The notes beneath the pieces were generated by a model. The model was given only the letters and a program-made list of their open reading frames with translations. It did no database searches and had not been told where the DNA came from. From positions 1,056,001 through 1,120,000 of the forward strand of contig OZ244160.1 of assembly GCA_965216325.1 (NCBI GenBank): 64,000 nt of DNA, written 5' to 3'. This DNA is from Coraliomargarita sp. (GTDB lineage: Bacteria; Verrucomicrobiota; Verrucomicrobiia; Opitutales; Coraliomargaritaceae). A program made the position numbers and the translations under genes. Positions 1 through 11,410 of the stretch are shown piece after piece. How positions within the stretch are numbered: the first letter of the stretch is position 1; every line of letters starts with the position of its first letter.

Positions 1-561
1 GCCTAATACTGCACCAAGCCGTTCGATTGTACGGAATTCGCGTTTAGCGACCTGATTTACGATGGCCTCAAGGCGCTCCAAGTCGAAGGCTGCGATATTG
101 TCTTCAATCATCTGTTTCAGATCGACCGAGGATTCAAATTCCGTGGCGACCTTCTCCATTAGCGGGCCTGCCTCGTTTTTCATCTCAGCAGTGGCGATGA
201 CTTCGAATTTTGCCAGCACCCCGTCATTCACGAAGCTACCAAGTAGCGGGATCGCCCGGAGTTGTGGGCCAATACGCTCCCAGACCAGTGAGTGCGCGGC
301 TGTTTCCAAGTAAGGCCCTAGCTCGATCTTCTTGATTTCGTTTAGAATCATATGCTGCTGGAGGATCTCACGCTCGATAATTTCAGCAGATTCTTGCGCT
401 AGCTGTAATTGGCGGCGAGGGATCAGTCCTTGCCACTTCCAGAAGAATATACGCATCGGTTGGCGCGGGTGAAACAACATCTGAATTGCAACCCAGTTCG
501 TCAGCCAGCCGATGACGGCGGTTATGAAGGGAGTTAAGATGAATAGTATCTGCGAGGTCAT
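1..561 (-). CDS. DUF445-family membrane protein (3' end runs off the window)
   Basis: Hand translation from ATG at 561: MTSQILFILTPFITAVIGWLTNWVAIQMLFHPRQP...QGLIPRRQ, matching the IGWxTNxxAIxMLFxP...G(L)IP motif of DUF445. Confidence 0.8.
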   Translation of the reverse strand, partial: MTSQILFILTPFITAVIGWLTNWVAIQMLFHPRQPMRIFFWKWQGLIPRRQLQLAQESAEIIEREILQQHMILNEIKKIELGPYLETAAHSLVWERIGPQLRAIPLLGSFVNDGVLAKFEVIATAEMKNEAGPLMEKVATEFESSVDLKQMIEDNIAAFDLERLEAIVNQVAKREFRTIERLGAVLG

Positions 562-587
562 GTGCTCTTCTGTAGTCTTTGTTAACT

Positions 588-614
588 AAAAAGCCACCCC
601 GCAGGGTGGCTTTT
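588..614. terminator. Intrinsic terminator hairpin, bidirectional type
   Basis: AAAAGCCACC-loop-GGTGGCTTTT just downstream of the 635-2284 gene. Confidence 0.8.
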
Positions 615-634
615 GCAAAGTGTCTGCGGTGCCT

Positions 635-2284
635 TTACTCAGCCGCTTCAGGAGCTTGAGCTGAGGCTGGCATGCCTTGCATGACCAATTCATTGGCAAC
701 CGATTGCGAGCTGATGTAGGCAGAGTAATTCTTGAGCCAGCTTTCGGCTTGAGTGAAGTCATCATTGTCATCGCTGATCTCAGGAATTTCCTTTGTCACA
801 ACGTAAATAAAGAGACCTTCGTCACCGCTGCGAAGCATGTCGGATAGTTCACCTGCATCCATATTTTGAGCCTGTTGTAGTGCAGTGCGGTTTAGGCCGC
901 TTGGTGCGTCACTGGCTTGGAAGCTCTCGAACTGTGCGACAGTCAGGCCAAGCGCTTCAGCGACCTCCTTGAAACTGCTGCCTTCAGCAAGCTTCGCGCT
1001 CAGTTCAGCCTTCAGAGATTCACCGTGTTCGTTGAAGAGTCGGCGTTTTTCTTCGCTTAGGTAAGCAGCTTTAACTTCTGCGGCAACCGACTCATACGCA
1101 GGTAGCTCCGGTGCGATACGATCCTGGAAGATCAGGATGGCATACCCCCCCGGAACCGCATAGGCGTCAGAGTAGTAGCGCTGTTCGTTTAAATCGAATG
1201 CGGATTGCAGCATCTGTGGAGACAGTGCACGCTGAGCTGCTCCGGTTGCGGTAAATGGCTCAATCTTAGTCAGGCTCAAACCTCCTTCGTTGAGTAGACT
1301 ATTGAAGGTCGCAGAGTCCCGCTCGATAGCTTGATCGTAGAGACGGTATGCAAACTCGCTTGCAGCTGTGTTTGCTTTAGTCTCTGCTTCAACAATTTGG
1401 TAAGCCTTCTTAACTGCGTCTTTAACCAGTTCAAAAGTAACGGCTGGCGTTTCTTCGCCCTCCGCTGGTTCAGGCAAAGTTGCCTCGTACTCACTGACGA
1501 AGCGGGTACGGTTCTGCACGAAGTGTTCACGCAGGGATGCTTCATCAATTTCTGCCTCCGCATCCACATAGTTTTCTGTGTCGAATTGGATATAGCTGGC
1601 AACGATACGTGCTGGAATTTCGTAGCTTTGCTTGTTGGCTTCGAAGTAGGCCTTGAGTGCCGCTTCATCTGGGGCGCTTTCCGGAGTAAACTCACTGAAA
1701 GAAAGGGATGCAGTTGCTAGCTCGTAGCTGGTTTGGTTGCGTTGTGTTTGAACGCGAGCTTCAGCAGGAAGCACGTAGCCTGGTCCTGAGAGCACGCTAG
1801 TCACCTGATCAATGCGGTAGTCTTCTTCCATCGTCGTGATGAAAAGGCCGGATGGGATGCCTGGGTTCGATTCAATGTTGTCAGTGAACGTTGTGTAGGC
1901 ATCGATGCTGAATTTGCCGTCAGAGCCGATGAAGTTGCGCTTTGTCTTGAGATATTCGGCGAGCGTATCCTGGTCCGGAGTCGGCACACCAATCTTGTCG
2001 GCAAGGTGCACCAGAGCAATGCGCTGCAGCACCTGCTCGTTACTACGAAGGGGAATACCGCTAACTTGGCTACTCATGTAAGCTTTTTGCTGAATGAGCT
2101 CCATATCGCGCTTGGAATTGAGGTCGTAGCCGTAGAATTCCTGCTCTTGGTAATAGCTAGTATTCGTCGTGCACCCCGGAGTATTACCGATGGTAAATAC
2201 GAAGGCGACGATGATGACAGTGAGCAAGCAGATGAATATCCAGCGCCCGTGGCGGATGAGGTGGTTTTGAATCCAAGAAATCAT
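635..2284 (-). CDS. PpiD/SurA-like periplasmic chaperone (SurA N-terminal domain)
   Basis: 549 aa; N-terminal TM anchor, SurA_N-like region, LKAYFEANKQSYEIP motif typical of PpiD. Confidence 0.75.
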   Translation of the reverse strand: MISWIQNHLIRHGRWIFICLLTVIIVAFVFTIGNTPGCTTNTSYYQEQEFYGYDLNSKRDMELIQQKAYMSSQVSGIPLRSNEQVLQRIALVHLADKIGVPTPDQDTLAEYLKTKRNFIGSDGKFSIDAYTTFTDNIESNPGIPSGLFITTMEEDYRIDQVTSVLSGPGYVLPAEARVQTQRNQTSYELATASLSFSEFTPESAPDEAALKAYFEANKQSYEIPARIVASYIQFDTENYVDAEAEIDEASLREHFVQNRTRFVSEYEATLPEPAEGEETPAVTFELVKDAVKKAYQIVEAETKANTAASEFAYRLYDQAIERDSATFNSLLNEGGLSLTKIEPFTATGAAQRALSPQMLQSAFDLNEQRYYSDAYAVPGGYAILIFQDRIAPELPAYESVAAEVKAAYLSEEKRRLFNEHGESLKAELSAKLAEGSSFKEVAEALGLTVAQFESFQASDAPSGLNRTALQQAQNMDAGELSDMLRSGDEGLFIYVVTKEIPEISDDNDDFTQAESWLKNYSAYISSQSVANELVMQGMPASAQAPEAAE

Positions 2285-2401
2285 TGAATAAGCTGAGGAA
2301 TTTGCAAAACGGAGCAGGCTAGGAGTGCGCCCCCACCTGTCAACTCATTGCTTGCCCCTCAAAACGCTTTTCCTGTAGTGCTTAATCCAGCTGCGAGTGA
2401 G

Positions 2402-3841
2402 CTATTTACTCAGGATCAAATCCGAGATGCGCTGATCGGCTGCAACATTCTCCTTGAGACTCAGAATCTCGTTCAAATAGGTGCTGATTCCCGGATGCGC
2501 CTTCGCTAGCAATTCGGCTCCCTCATTATTGCCATAGCACTCAAAATCCTGTTTAAACTTCTTCAGCGTAATGGATTCCATCGGGCGACCTGGCTGATAC
2601 GCTCGGTCGCGCAAGTCTTCGGTGGTGCTGCCTCCAACGGGGTAGAGATAGCCGAGGTCGCAAAGCCTATTTAGGCTGATATTCAAGATATGGCTGGGGA
2701 CACGAAGTGTCTGGTGTAACTCACTGGACCGGATGGGGTCGATGCCGTTCTGGAAGCGCTGTGCGACGAGTAGCATGACTCCCAGCGATACGACCTCACG
2801 GCTGCGTTGGCTCGTTTTCTGCCAGGCATTCTCGTTGGTCAGGAAGTCGGCATTTTGAACCGCATAAGTGATCTGACCGCCGAGCAGAATTAACAGCCAA
2901 AAGATATACAGACCTAGCATCAGAATGATAATAATCCCGACCGACCCGTAGAGGCTGTTGGTATCGATGACGCGTTGGACATAGAGGAAGGATAGCCAAT
3001 TGTAGACATGCAGCAGGAAGACGACAATAAAGGCGCCGATGAAGGCAGGCTGCCATTTTACCTGAATATTGGGAATGAAGCGGAAAAAGACAGCCAACAG
3101 CACCACGACCATAGAAAACACCAGAATCGGCGATGAATAGCGAATCAACGCGGAAATCAGGTCCCCAAAGGGCAACTGCTCAACAAAGGATACGACTGTC
3201 AATGTTGCAGATGCGACACCCAGCACGGCGCCCATGCTGATAAAGGTCCAATAGACGACAATACGTTCCGACCACTTTCGGCCCTGATCGACTCCCCAAA
3301 GTGTATTGAACGAGCCTTCAATCGAACTGAGCACTTGGATTCCGATGAAAAATAGCATTGCGAGTCCGACGAAGCCGACCCCCGACTGGGCCGATTGACT
3401 AAAGCCCTGTATCATTTGGTAGATCTCTGGATTCAGTTCGGCCGTTCCATTCTCCGGACCGTCGACGTCTAGAGCGACTTGTGGGGCAACAAACTCAATG
3501 ACCTGAGTGATTCCTGCGATTACTTTTTCTTCGCTGCCTTTTTCGATCGCGAAGCCGGACAGCATGATCGCCAAAGCGATGAGCGGACCGATCCCAATCA
3601 GCGAATAAAAGGTCAAGGCAGCCGCCTGGACGGGTATCTTGTTTCGCCGAAGCCCTTGCCAAGTCAGTGTGAGGACACGTAAAAGCAAATAGACTCGTGC
3701 CCGAATCGTTCTCCGGCCCAAGTGTTCTAGCTCCCAGATATCCTTGCCGAGTAATTCTTGCGCGTGATCGATCGGTTCACGCAAGCGCTCCAAGAGAGGA
3801 GCAGTCTGCTTGGCATTAGACTGTTCGTGGTCTTTGCTCAA
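2402..3841 (-). CDS. YihY/BrkB family inner membrane protein with C-terminal winged-helix-like extension
   Basis: [26 protein letters not shown]...[11 protein letters not shown] motifs. Confidence 0.85.
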   Translation of the reverse strand: MSKDHEQSNAKQTAPLLERLREPIDHAQELLGKDIWELEHLGRRTIRARVYLLLRVLTLTWQGLRRNKIPVQAAALTFYSLIGIGPLIALAIMLSGFAIEKGSEEKVIAGITQVIEFVAPQVALDVDGPENGTAELNPEIYQMIQGFSQSAQSGVGFVGLAMLFFIGIQVLSSIEGSFNTLWGVDQGRKWSERIVVYWTFISMGAVLGVASATLTVVSFVEQLPFGDLISALIRYSSPILVFSMVVVLLAVFFRFIPNIQVKWQPAFIGAFIVVFLLHVYNWLSFLYVQRVIDTNSLYGSVGIIIILMLGLYIFWLLILLGGQITYAVQNADFLTNENAWQKTSQRSREVVSLGVMLLVAQRFQNGIDPIRSSELHQTLRVPSHILNISLNRLCDLGYLYPVGGSTTEDLRDRAYQPGRPMESITLKKFKQDFECYGNNEGAELLAKAHPGISTYLNEILSLKENVAADQRISDLILSK

Positions 3842-3858
3842 AGTGGCTGAATTAAGTG

Positions 3859-4674
3859 TTACCCTGCGACAATTGACAGTTTAGCATTGTCGTAGAATTC
3901 CGAGAATTCGCCAGATAGGGCGAGGTAACAGATATATCCGTGCCCGCCTAGCCCCATCAGAATCGCAGCCAGCATTAGAGACAAACGCTGGGAGATTGTG
4001 CCCAAAAATAGACCGAAGCTGCCGAGGCCCCATGCGAGCATCAATATCGGCATGCCCATGGACCAGCCGACATACATGCCAAAGCCAACGCCAAATGCCG
4101 CACGTGCGCGTGCAACAGGGTAGATGTCGGTTACAGAGAGAAAGAGGAAAATAGCGATCAACAGATCAAAGGCTCCGAGCATGAGAAAGGGGTAGTTTAT
4201 GATCCCTCCCATGTCTTGATTGCTCATCATCGCTGAAATGCTCTTCATGTGCGGGATGATCAGAGCTAAGGCTGATGCCAGAGCGACCACGCCGAGGCCG
4301 GTGCTTGCGATGGAGGCAGCCCGATTCAGACTTTTTTCGGCATGCTTGAGGTGTCTGGTTTCCGGAGTGTCCGCTTCGGCTGCTGCCAGCATGTCTACGA
4401 CGTTAATGTCGGTAAATTCGTCATCGCCGCCAACCCCCTCTGCTTGTTGGCCCGCATTAATGTCTACCTTCAGCTCAATCTTTTTCTTGGTCGGAAACAC
4501 TTGTTCCTTCAACTCTTCGTTCAGTGCAATCGGCACCCATTCTTCTTTCTCTTCGTCAAAGTAGAGCGTATTCTCCGAAATCTGCCCGGCCTCAGCCAGT
4601 GTTTGTAGTTTCGGAATATTGAAAGGGCCACGCGATTCTGCGTTCTCTGGTGTGCGGATGTAGTAGTCAGGCAT
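3859..4674 (-). CDS. GYF_2 (DUF4339) domain membrane protein
   Basis: YYIR...RGPF...LAEAGQI..TL.F..EW N-terminus plus several TM helices; start moved to ATG 4674. Confidence 0.7.
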   Translation of the reverse strand: MPDYYIRTPENAESRGPFNIPKLQTLAEAGQISENTLYFDEEKEEWVPIALNEELKEQVFPTKKKIELKVDINAGQQAEGVGGDDEFTDINVVDMLAAAEADTPETRHLKHAEKSLNRAASIASTGLGVVALASALALIIPHMKSISAMMSNQDMGGIINYPFLMLGAFDLLIAIFLFLSVTDIYPVARARAAFGVGFGMYVGWSMGMPILMLAWGLGSFGLFLGTISQRLSLMLAAILMGLGGHGYICYLALSGEFSEFYDNAKLSIVAG

Positions 4675-4754
4675 AGCTAAGGTTGGAAAGTAACGGATTT
4701 GATTTATGCCTATTTTTGCTCCGTTCAGCAAGCGTATTTGCCTATTAATAAAGG

Positions 4755-5627
4755 CTAAGCGAGGATTTGGTGAATCATGGCCTGTGCCTGTTGCTGATAG
4801 GAGCCGCCAAACTGATTCGCATGATTTAGTATGTGATACAGATTATAGATGGGCTTACGTTCTTGGTAGCCCTCGCTTAGGGGCCATGCGTCTTGATAGC
4901 TACGGTAGAACTCAGGCGAAAAGCCACCAAACAACTCAGAAAATGCTAAATCAGCTTCCCTGTCTCCGTAATAACAGGCTGGGTCAAATATGACAGGCTC
5001 ACCACCTGTAGTAACACTTACATTGCCTGACCATAAGTCTCCGTGGAGTAGGGATGGCCGACAAACACGCTGCTCAAGTTTAGAATGCACCACGCTCAGT
5101 AGGGTATCTCTTTGTTTGAAACGTAAGCCCTGTTGCTCAGCCAGTGCGAATTGAACCCCGAGTCGGTGTTCGCTAAAGAAATCCGCCCAGAGGGGACTCG
5201 GTGTGTTAATTTGCGGGGAGCTGCCAATTGCGTTATGATGCTGCCAACCGAACAGCGGTTGAGTCTGCCTGTGTAAGGCTGCCAACTGTTCTCCAAGGCA
5301 AGTCCATGATTGCGGAGTGTGGGTGCCGAACTCCAGAGCCTCAAGAATCAAGTATGCTTGCTCGCGGTAGGTTCCATGAGCGATTGGCTGCGGAGTTCGA
5401 ATCGTTTCTGTCGCACTGATTTCGCTCAGCGCCCTCGACTCACAGATAAACGTGTCCAAAACGTCACGGTCGTTCAGCTTAACAAAGTAACTCCGTGTGG
5501 CCCCCTTCAGCAGGTAGGCCTCATTGATGCAACCGCCATCGCATGATTGAACATCTATTAACGTAAACGCTTGATGCGTGCTCTGTTCGATTTGCTCGGA
5601 GAGCAAAGATCGCAACTGCTTATTCAT
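4755..5627 (-). CDS. Fructosamine kinase family protein
   Basis: [36 protein letters not shown] motifs. Confidence 0.9.
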   Translation of the reverse strand: MNKQLRSLLSEQIEQSTHQAFTLIDVQSCDGGCINEAYLLKGATRSYFVKLNDRDVLDTFICESRALSEISATETIRTPQPIAHGTYREQAYLILEALEFGTHTPQSWTCLGEQLAALHRQTQPLFGWQHHNAIGSSPQINTPSPLWADFFSEHRLGVQFALAEQQGLRFKQRDTLLSVVHSKLEQRVCRPSLLHGDLWSGNVSVTTGGEPVIFDPACYYGDREADLAFSELFGGFSPEFYRSYQDAWPLSEGYQERKPIYNLYHILNHANQFGGSYQQQAQAMIHQILA

Positions 5628-6096
5628 TTTGCGCTGGACGCAATTCCTCAAGTAAGTTCGCGCAACCGTCCTCAATCAGGTCAAGGACATGCTCGAAGCC
5701 CCGATCGCCTCCGTAGTAGGGGTCTGGAACCTCTATATCCGAATGTTTGCTACAATATTTGCAAAACAACTTGATCCGGTCGTGAAACTGGCCAGCGGGG
5801 TCGAGACTCTTTGCTCCTTTGAGGTTATCACAATCCATCGCCAAGATCAGGTCATAATAGGATAAGTCCTTGGGCTTAAGTTGGCGCGACCGACCAATGA
5901 TGGGGATGCCTCGACCGCTCATTGCGCTTTGCATCCGGTTGTCAGGCGGTTCCCCAATATGAAATCCTATGGTGCCAGCGGATTCGATTTCAAAGTGATC
6001 GCTAAGCCCGGCTTGATCAACGAGATGCTGAAGCACGCAATGCGCTGCGGGTGATCGGCAAATATTACCCATACAAAGGAATAGAATTTTATTCAT
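5620..6096 (-). CDS. Low molecular weight protein-tyrosine phosphatase
   Basis: [12 protein letters not shown]-loop and DPYYG. Confidence 0.95.
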   Translation of the reverse strand: MNKILFLCMGNICRSPAAHCVLQHLVDQAGLSDHFEIESAGTIGFHIGEPPDNRMQSAMSGRGIPIIGRSRQLKPKDLSYYDLILAMDCDNLKGAKSLDPAGQFHDRIKLFCKYCSKHSDIEVPDPYYGGDRGFEHVLDLIEDGCANLLEELRPAQNE

Positions 6097-6106
6097 ATTA
6101 TAGTGC

Positions 6107-7090
6107 TCAATCTGGGTGTGCTGCGATGTGCTCGGCTGCAACACGTTCGAGGTCGTCTATTTGCACAACTGTGCCAAGCGCGCCTCGAATCTTACGAGAA
6201 CCGGTCATGCCTTTGGTCAGCGCGATAAACTTTGGTCGCATCCAGCGCAGGTCGCTGTGACGCTCCTGTCTAAATGGACGATCCATTATGCCGCGTGTAT
6301 ACTCAATGATTGTTTCCCAGCGTTCCGCTATGGTTGGTGGCTCCGGAATGACTCCGTGTGCCAAATAGTGCTTGATATCCCTAAAAATCCACGGATAGCC
6401 CAGTGCAGCACGTCCAATCATCAGCCCCGAGCAACCGGTCTTTGCGCGAACATCGATGACATCTGCAGCACTGCGGATATTGCCGTTCCCAACGACCGGA
6501 ATAGTCAGTTCCTCTGCAACTTCGGCGATAATCGGCCAATTCGCCTCACCTCGGTAGCCTTGCACCTTGGTGCGGCCATGAATTGCAAGTGCCTGTGCAC
6601 CTTCCGATTCAACAATATGCCCGACTTCACGCGCCACAATCGTATCATCATCCCATCCTGTGCGGATCTTCACCGTAACTGGAACCTCCGGAATCGCCTT
6701 AATCACTGCCCCTGTTACTTGGCCTAGCTTTTGTGGGTTGCGCAGCATCGAGGAGCCGGCGTCCATGCATATTACGCGCTCCGCCGGGCAACCAAAGTTA
6801 ATGTCGATGAAGTCCGGCGACATGCGGTCCACGATCAATCGAGCAGCCTGGCCCATGGTTTCTGGGTTGGAGCCAAAAATTTGCACTCCCATGGGGCGCT
6901 GCTCCTCGGTAAAATCGACAGTTTCCCAGAGGCGGTCGTCGCCGCGAACAATTGCATCGGCCTGCACGAACTCGGTAACCATCACGTCCGCCCCCTGTTC
7001 CTTGCAGAACTGGCGGAATATGATGTCTGTAAAACGGGCCATCGGCGCTAAATAGAGCGGAAATTGACCTTTTTGGAACCAAGGAAGCAT
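6107..7090 (-). CDS. dusB: tRNA-dihydrouridine synthase
   Basis: [42 protein letters not shown]. Confidence 0.9.
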   Translation of the reverse strand: MLPWFQKGQFPLYLAPMARFTDIIFRQFCKEQGADVMVTEFVQADAIVRGDDRLWETVDFTEEQRPMGVQIFGSNPETMGQAARLIVDRMSPDFIDINFGCPAERVICMDAGSSMLRNPQKLGQVTGAVIKAIPEVPVTVKIRTGWDDDTIVAREVGHIVESEGAQALAIHGRTKVQGYRGEANWPIIAEVAEELTIPVVGNGNIRSAADVIDVRAKTGCSGLMIGRAALGYPWIFRDIKHYLAHGVIPEPPTIAERWETIIEYTRGIMDRPFRQERHSDLRWMRPKFIALTKGMTGSRKIRGALGTVVQIDDLERVAAEHIAAHPD

Positions 7091-7220
7091 TTTGATGTAA
7101 AACTTGTAATATTTAGTGGAATAAAGCTGACTATTTGGGCTCTATTCTCTGGTACTTACGCTATAATTTCACACATAGATTCTAAACCAACCACATAAAC
7201 AATACTAAAACCCACTAGTT

Positions 7221-7466
7221 ATGAAGACACTAATCATCCCATTCCTCCTCGTTGCTGCTGCACTGACTGCCCAAGCAGGCTGCCCAGATGGCGCATGCGC
7301 CAAGTCCGAAAAGGCGGCTGCATGTGACAAGGCTAACAAAGCTTGCGACAAGTCCAAAAAGGCATGCGACAAGTCCAAGAAGGCTTGTGATAAGGCTGAG
7401 AAGGCTTGCGACAAGGCTGAAAAGGCTGCGGCTACCCCTAAGGCATGCTGCCCAAGCAAGGCGTAG
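7221..7466 (+). CDS. Small secreted Cys/Lys-rich protein with five ACDKxxK heptad repeats
   Basis: 81 aa, signal peptide ending A-Q-A; 21-bp repeats at 7320-7424 diverge mostly at synonymous sites. Confidence 0.8.
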   Translation: MKTLIIPFLLVAAALTAQAGCPDGACAKSEKAAACDKANKACDKSKKACDKSKKACDKAEKACDKAEKAAATPKACCPSKA

Positions 7467-7489
7467 TCCTCTGCTGGTAATTTCATCAA

Positions 7490-9007
7490 TCAGCCTCGTG
7501 TCTCATTTGAGCGCGGGGCTTTTTCACGCACGCAGTAGCCGACCCCAAAGGTCCATGCCGTGCCAATTAGGATCAACCAAGTCCAACCTAGTGGTAATAG
7601 GCCGAACTCAATGAGTCCGAGCAGCAGGCTGCACAGCACTGCTCCGCTCAGCATCGCGAACCAGTTCACGTTGTCGGATCCGCGCTTAGCCAAGATGCCC
7701 AAGAGGAAAATTCCTAGCAGTGCGCCATAGGTAATACTTCCAATTTTGAAAGTCAGCCAGAGGAAGCCGGTTGCGTCTTTCAGCGCCCAGGCGATTACCG
7801 CTAAAATCAAACCAAAGACCACCACAAAGCCACGCGAGATCCACAGATCATTTTCGGGCTTAGCTGCCGATTTGCTGGAAACGAGAGGACGATACAGATC
7901 AACCAGTGCGGTTGAACCGAGTGCGCCCATTGCGGAATCCAAACTCGACATCGCGGCGGCTAGGACACCAACCAAGAGCAAGCCTCTAAGGCCGCTAGGC
8001 AATTCATTGCCGATAAACCAAGGGAATACCTTATCGGCAGCAAGCTGGCGATTTCCATCGAGTCCCACCGTTGGTAATTCAGCTCCAGTGTGGACTTGGA
8101 AGTAGGCAAATAGTGCGATACCTACCATAAGGAAGAGGGCGGCAATCGGTAGTGAGACGAAACCACTGAGGATCACACTCCGGCGTGCGGAGCGCACATC
8201 TTTGCACGTGAGCATTCGCTGAGTGAGGTCTTGGTCGGTGCCCAAGGCAGCTGTTGTGCTGACGAAACCAAAGAGTAGGGCAATGTAGAGGATTTGCGGG
8301 TCATTGAACCATGCTGAAAGAGTATCCGTGTCTGGTTTGAATTGAAACATTTCAAAGCGCCCATGTTCCTGTCCTAAGCTGATGATTGTTCCCCAGCCAA
8401 TGCTTTGGCCAATGTAGGCCAGCACAATCAAGCCGCAACTAATGAAGACCACTGCCTGCAGCACATCGGTCCAGATAATACCACGAATACCACCACTCCC
8501 CGTATAGACGACTGCCACAAGTGTAAATACGACCAAGCAGGCCCAAAAGGGCACCCCCAGTATTAAGTGCAAGCCTGTTGCTGCGATCATTAGGCGGACT
8601 GCCGAGGCCATCAGACGCGTAACAATAAAAAAGGCAGTGGCCGTATAACGTGTGCGATCGCCAAAGCGCTTAGCCAGAAACTCATAGATCGTTAAGCTGT
8701 TGGCAGTGTAAAATGCCCCAAGGAAGATCAGTGCTACAAAAATACGCGCTAAAAACGAGCCAATACCCATTTGGAGAAAATTCATATTCTCAGTGAAGCC
8801 GACCCCGGGAGTGGCTAAGAAGGTTGCGGCACTGACTTCGGTTGCGATCAAGGAGCCCATGACTGCGAGCCATGGCATTTGGCGACTACCAGTAATGAAG
8901 TCCTCGGAATTGCCACCTTTACGGGACTGATACCAGCCGATACCGAGGACTGCACAGAGATAGGCAAGGACTATAAGAATATCGAGCGGGCTAAGCTGGG
9001 CAAACAC
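7490..9007 (-). CDS. Sodium:solute symporter (SSS family)
   Basis: SLIATEVSAATFL, GGIRGIIWTDVLQ, DQDLTQR, AAAMSSLDS. Confidence 0.92.
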   Translation of the reverse strand: MFAQLSPLDILIVLAYLCAVLGIGWYQSRKGGNSEDFITGSRQMPWLAVMGSLIATEVSAATFLATPGVGFTENMNFLQMGIGSFLARIFVALIFLGAFYTANSLTIYEFLAKRFGDRTRYTATAFFIVTRLMASAVRLMIAATGLHLILGVPFWACLVVFTLVAVVYTGSGGIRGIIWTDVLQAVVFISCGLIVLAYIGQSIGWGTIISLGQEHGRFEMFQFKPDTDTLSAWFNDPQILYIALLFGFVSTTAALGTDQDLTQRMLTCKDVRSARRSVILSGFVSLPIAALFLMVGIALFAYFQVHTGAELPTVGLDGNRQLAADKVFPWFIGNELPSGLRGLLLVGVLAAAMSSLDSAMGALGSTALVDLYRPLVSSKSAAKPENDLWISRGFVVVFGLILAVIAWALKDATGFLWLTFKIGSITYGALLGIFLLGILAKRGSDNVNWFAMLSGAVLCSLLLGLIEFGLLPLGWTWLILIGTAWTFGVGYCVREKAPRSNETRG

Positions 9008-9115
9008 GGTTATGACACTGGATATCGTTGCCGCTTCGTCAAGGAGCCATCGTATACTTTAAGACAGCAAGCTTTCTGCTGGACAGTTGGTCTATCTCAA
9101 TAAAGATAAGTATCT

Positions 9116-9496
9116 ATGACTCGACCGATAAGCGCATTGATTGTGGACGATGAGGAGCATTTGCGACTCTACTTAAAATTGGTTCTCAAACAGGTCGGAT
9201 TCGAACAGTTCACAGAAGCCTCGAACGGTCAGGAGGCAATTGACCTCTACAAAAGGAAACCGGCAGACCTCGTGTTGATGGATGTCAACATGCCTATCAA
9301 AGAAGGGATGGAGGCACTCGAGGAAATAATCGAGTACGACCAGGATGCAGTCGTGGTAATGGCATCGTCCGTGGCCTCTCGTAAGGCGGTTGAGGCAAGC
9401 TTGGAGAAGGGCGCCTCCTATTACATTCGCAAGGATACTCCCAAGGACGAAATTATAACTATCCTAAACCGGCTTATCGGTGAGATCTGGGCCTGA
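9116..9496 (+). CDS. Single-domain CheY-like response regulator
   Basis: IVDDE, DLVLMDVNMP phosphoacceptor, YYIRK. Confidence 0.9.
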   Translation: MTRPISALIVDDEEHLRLYLKLVLKQVGFEQFTEASNGQEAIDLYKRKPADLVLMDVNMPIKEGMEALEEIIEYDQDAVVVMASSVASRKAVEASLEKGASYYIRKDTPKDEIITILNRLIGEIWA

Positions 9497-9506
9497 TTGA
9501 TTTTCC

Positions 9507-9707
9507 ATGACCGAAGAACATCCAGATGAGGCTAATGAGCACGGGCCACTACAAGGGCAAGTATCGGAGGTTCGCTATTCCTTACGAGAAATGATGGAGG
9601 CTGTCAAAGCGGAGCGTCGCGACTCCGCGCTCGGACGTGAATTGGTCGATACCACTGAGATCGAAAAAATGTTCAGTAACCGAATTCGGAAGAAGAAACG
9701 CTCATGA
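9507..9707 (+). CDS. Hypothetical protein (66 aa)
   Basis: ATG-started ORF tightly between regulator and ATPase, ATGA overlap with the next gene. Confidence 0.65.
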   Translation: MTEEHPDEANEHGPLQGQVSEVRYSLREMMEAVKAERRDSALGRELVDTTEIEKMFSNRIRKKKRS

Positions 9708-11407
9708 GTTTGATTGTCCGCGAAGCTTTAGAGCAACATCACGTTGCAATCAGCCAGGAGGTTTATGACCTGGCCTTGCAATATAGTGACGAGGGCACAC
9801 TCGATTTGATCGAGTATATGATCGACGAGGATATCGTCCCGAAGGACGTCGGTTGCCGCATTTGGAGCACCCATATCGGCTTTGCCTATGTCGACCCAGT
9901 ATCCACAATCATTAGTAGTGACGCTATCGCCAGCTTGCCTATTGAGATTGCGCGTAAGGGGAATGTAATGCCCCTGTATGAGATTGAGGGAGCACTGACC
10001 GTCGCAATGCCGGATCCTCAGAATGAGGCACTGATCGATCGATTAGCGGCGATCACCAATAAGAAAATCAGCCCGGTTTTTTGCCTGACCCGCGAAGTTC
10101 AAGACGCCGTCGAACTTCACTATTCTACAGAGAAGAGCGTTCGTGAGCTAATTGAACAATTTGAGCGCAGTCACGGCGCGATTCTTTCCCAGATAAATCC
10201 GGAAGAACTGGCTGACCTTTCAGAGTCCGAATCAGTTTCGAATCTGTGCGACTCACTCTTGTATCTTGCGATCAAGGAAAGAGCATCGGATATCCATATC
10301 GAACCAACGGAATACCTGACTAATATTCGTTTCCGAATCGATGGTCGCCTGCAGAATCTGTTCAAGGTAAACGCCGCATTGCATAAGCCACTGATTTCAC
10401 GGATTAAGATTCTGTGTAATCTCAACATTGCGGAGTCGCGCTTTCCACAGGATGGGCGCTTTTCGATTCCACTTGGTTCCGGTCGGGTCAACATGCGTGT
10501 GTCCATACTTCCGACCACTTATGGAGAGAAGGCTGTCCTGCGCATCCTGGCTCTGACCGGAAAAAAGGACTTCAAGACCTTGGATCAGATGCTGATTTCA
10601 CAAAGTGTGTTACAACCGCTTAAGCGCGTGATCCATAGTCCAAATGGCATGGTTTTCGTGACTGGCCCAACTGGTTCGGGGAAATCGACGACACTGTATG
10701 CCTGTCTTCAAGAAATAAATACTCCGGAAGTCAACATCTGCACGATTGAAGATCCGGTTGAGATGCGGATGGATGGAGTGATTCAAAGTCAGGTTAACAC
10801 GCACATTGACCTTCATTTCTCGACTATTTTGCGTTCACTGCTGCGCCAAGATCCGGACGTCATTCTCGTGGGGGAAATTCGTGACTTGGAGACAGCAAAG
10901 ATTGCGACGGAGGCGGCCCTAACTGGACACTTGGTTTTTTCCACGCTGCACACAAACAGTGCCATTCAGGCCGTTGTCCGCTTGGTTGAAATTGGTATTG
11001 AGCCATATATGGTTGCGCCGTCAATTCAGGCAGTGATCGCACAGCGCTTAGCTGCACGTATTTGTGATAGTTGTAAGAACGCCTACACTCCGCCCACAGA
11101 AGTGCTCGCGCGATATTTTCACGATTACGACCAGTTGCCGTCTCCTGTCTTCTACCAAGGTCGCGGTTGTCCGCATTGTCGTGAAACTGGCTACCATGGG
11201 CGTATTGCCTTCCATGAAATGGTGCTCGTGTCCGATGAGATACGTTCACTTATTTCTAGCGGTGGCAGCGAGACTGCTCTTGCTAAAGCCGCCCATAAAA
11301 TGGGCTACCGACCACTCCGTTACGATGGCCTAAAAAAAGTCCTGCTCGGCTTTACCACCATTGACGAATTGGAGAAGCACGCGTCCTTCGACTGGGTTGC
11401 GGGGTAA
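9704..11407 (+). CDS. GspE/PilB family secretion/pilus assembly ATPase
   Basis: ASDIHIEP, GPTGSGKSTT Walker A, TIEDPVE, LRQDPDVILVGEIRD, CxxC...CxxC. Confidence 0.93.
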   Translation: MSLIVREALEQHHVAISQEVYDLALQYSDEGTLDLIEYMIDEDIVPKDVGCRIWSTHIGFAYVDPVSTIISSDAIASLPIEIARKGNVMPLYEIEGALTVAMPDPQNEALIDRLAAITNKKISPVFCLTREVQDAVELHYSTEKSVRELIEQFERSHGAILSQINPEELADLSESESVSNLCDSLLYLAIKERASDIHIEPTEYLTNIRFRIDGRLQNLFKVNAALHKPLISRIKILCNLNIAESRFPQDGRFSIPLGSGRVNMRVSILPTTYGEKAVLRILALTGKKDFKTLDQMLISQSVLQPLKRVIHSPNGMVFVTGPTGSGKSTTLYACLQEINTPEVNICTIEDPVEMRMDGVIQSQVNTHIDLHFSTILRSLLRQDPDVILVGEIRDLETAKIATEAALTGHLVFSTLHTNSAIQAVVRLVEIGIEPYMVAPSIQAVIAQRLAARICDSCKNAYTPPTEVLARYFHDYDQLPSPVFYQGRGCPHCRETGYHGRIAFHEMVLVSDEIRSLISSGGSETALAKAAHKMGYRPLRYDGLKKVLLGFTTIDELEKHASFDWVAG

Positions 11408-11410
11408 TCG

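Noticed and set aside
7205..7489. Antisense 94-aa ORF with LSQAF repeats
   Set aside because: Shadow of the plus-strand repeat gene, which has a signal peptide and synonymous divergence
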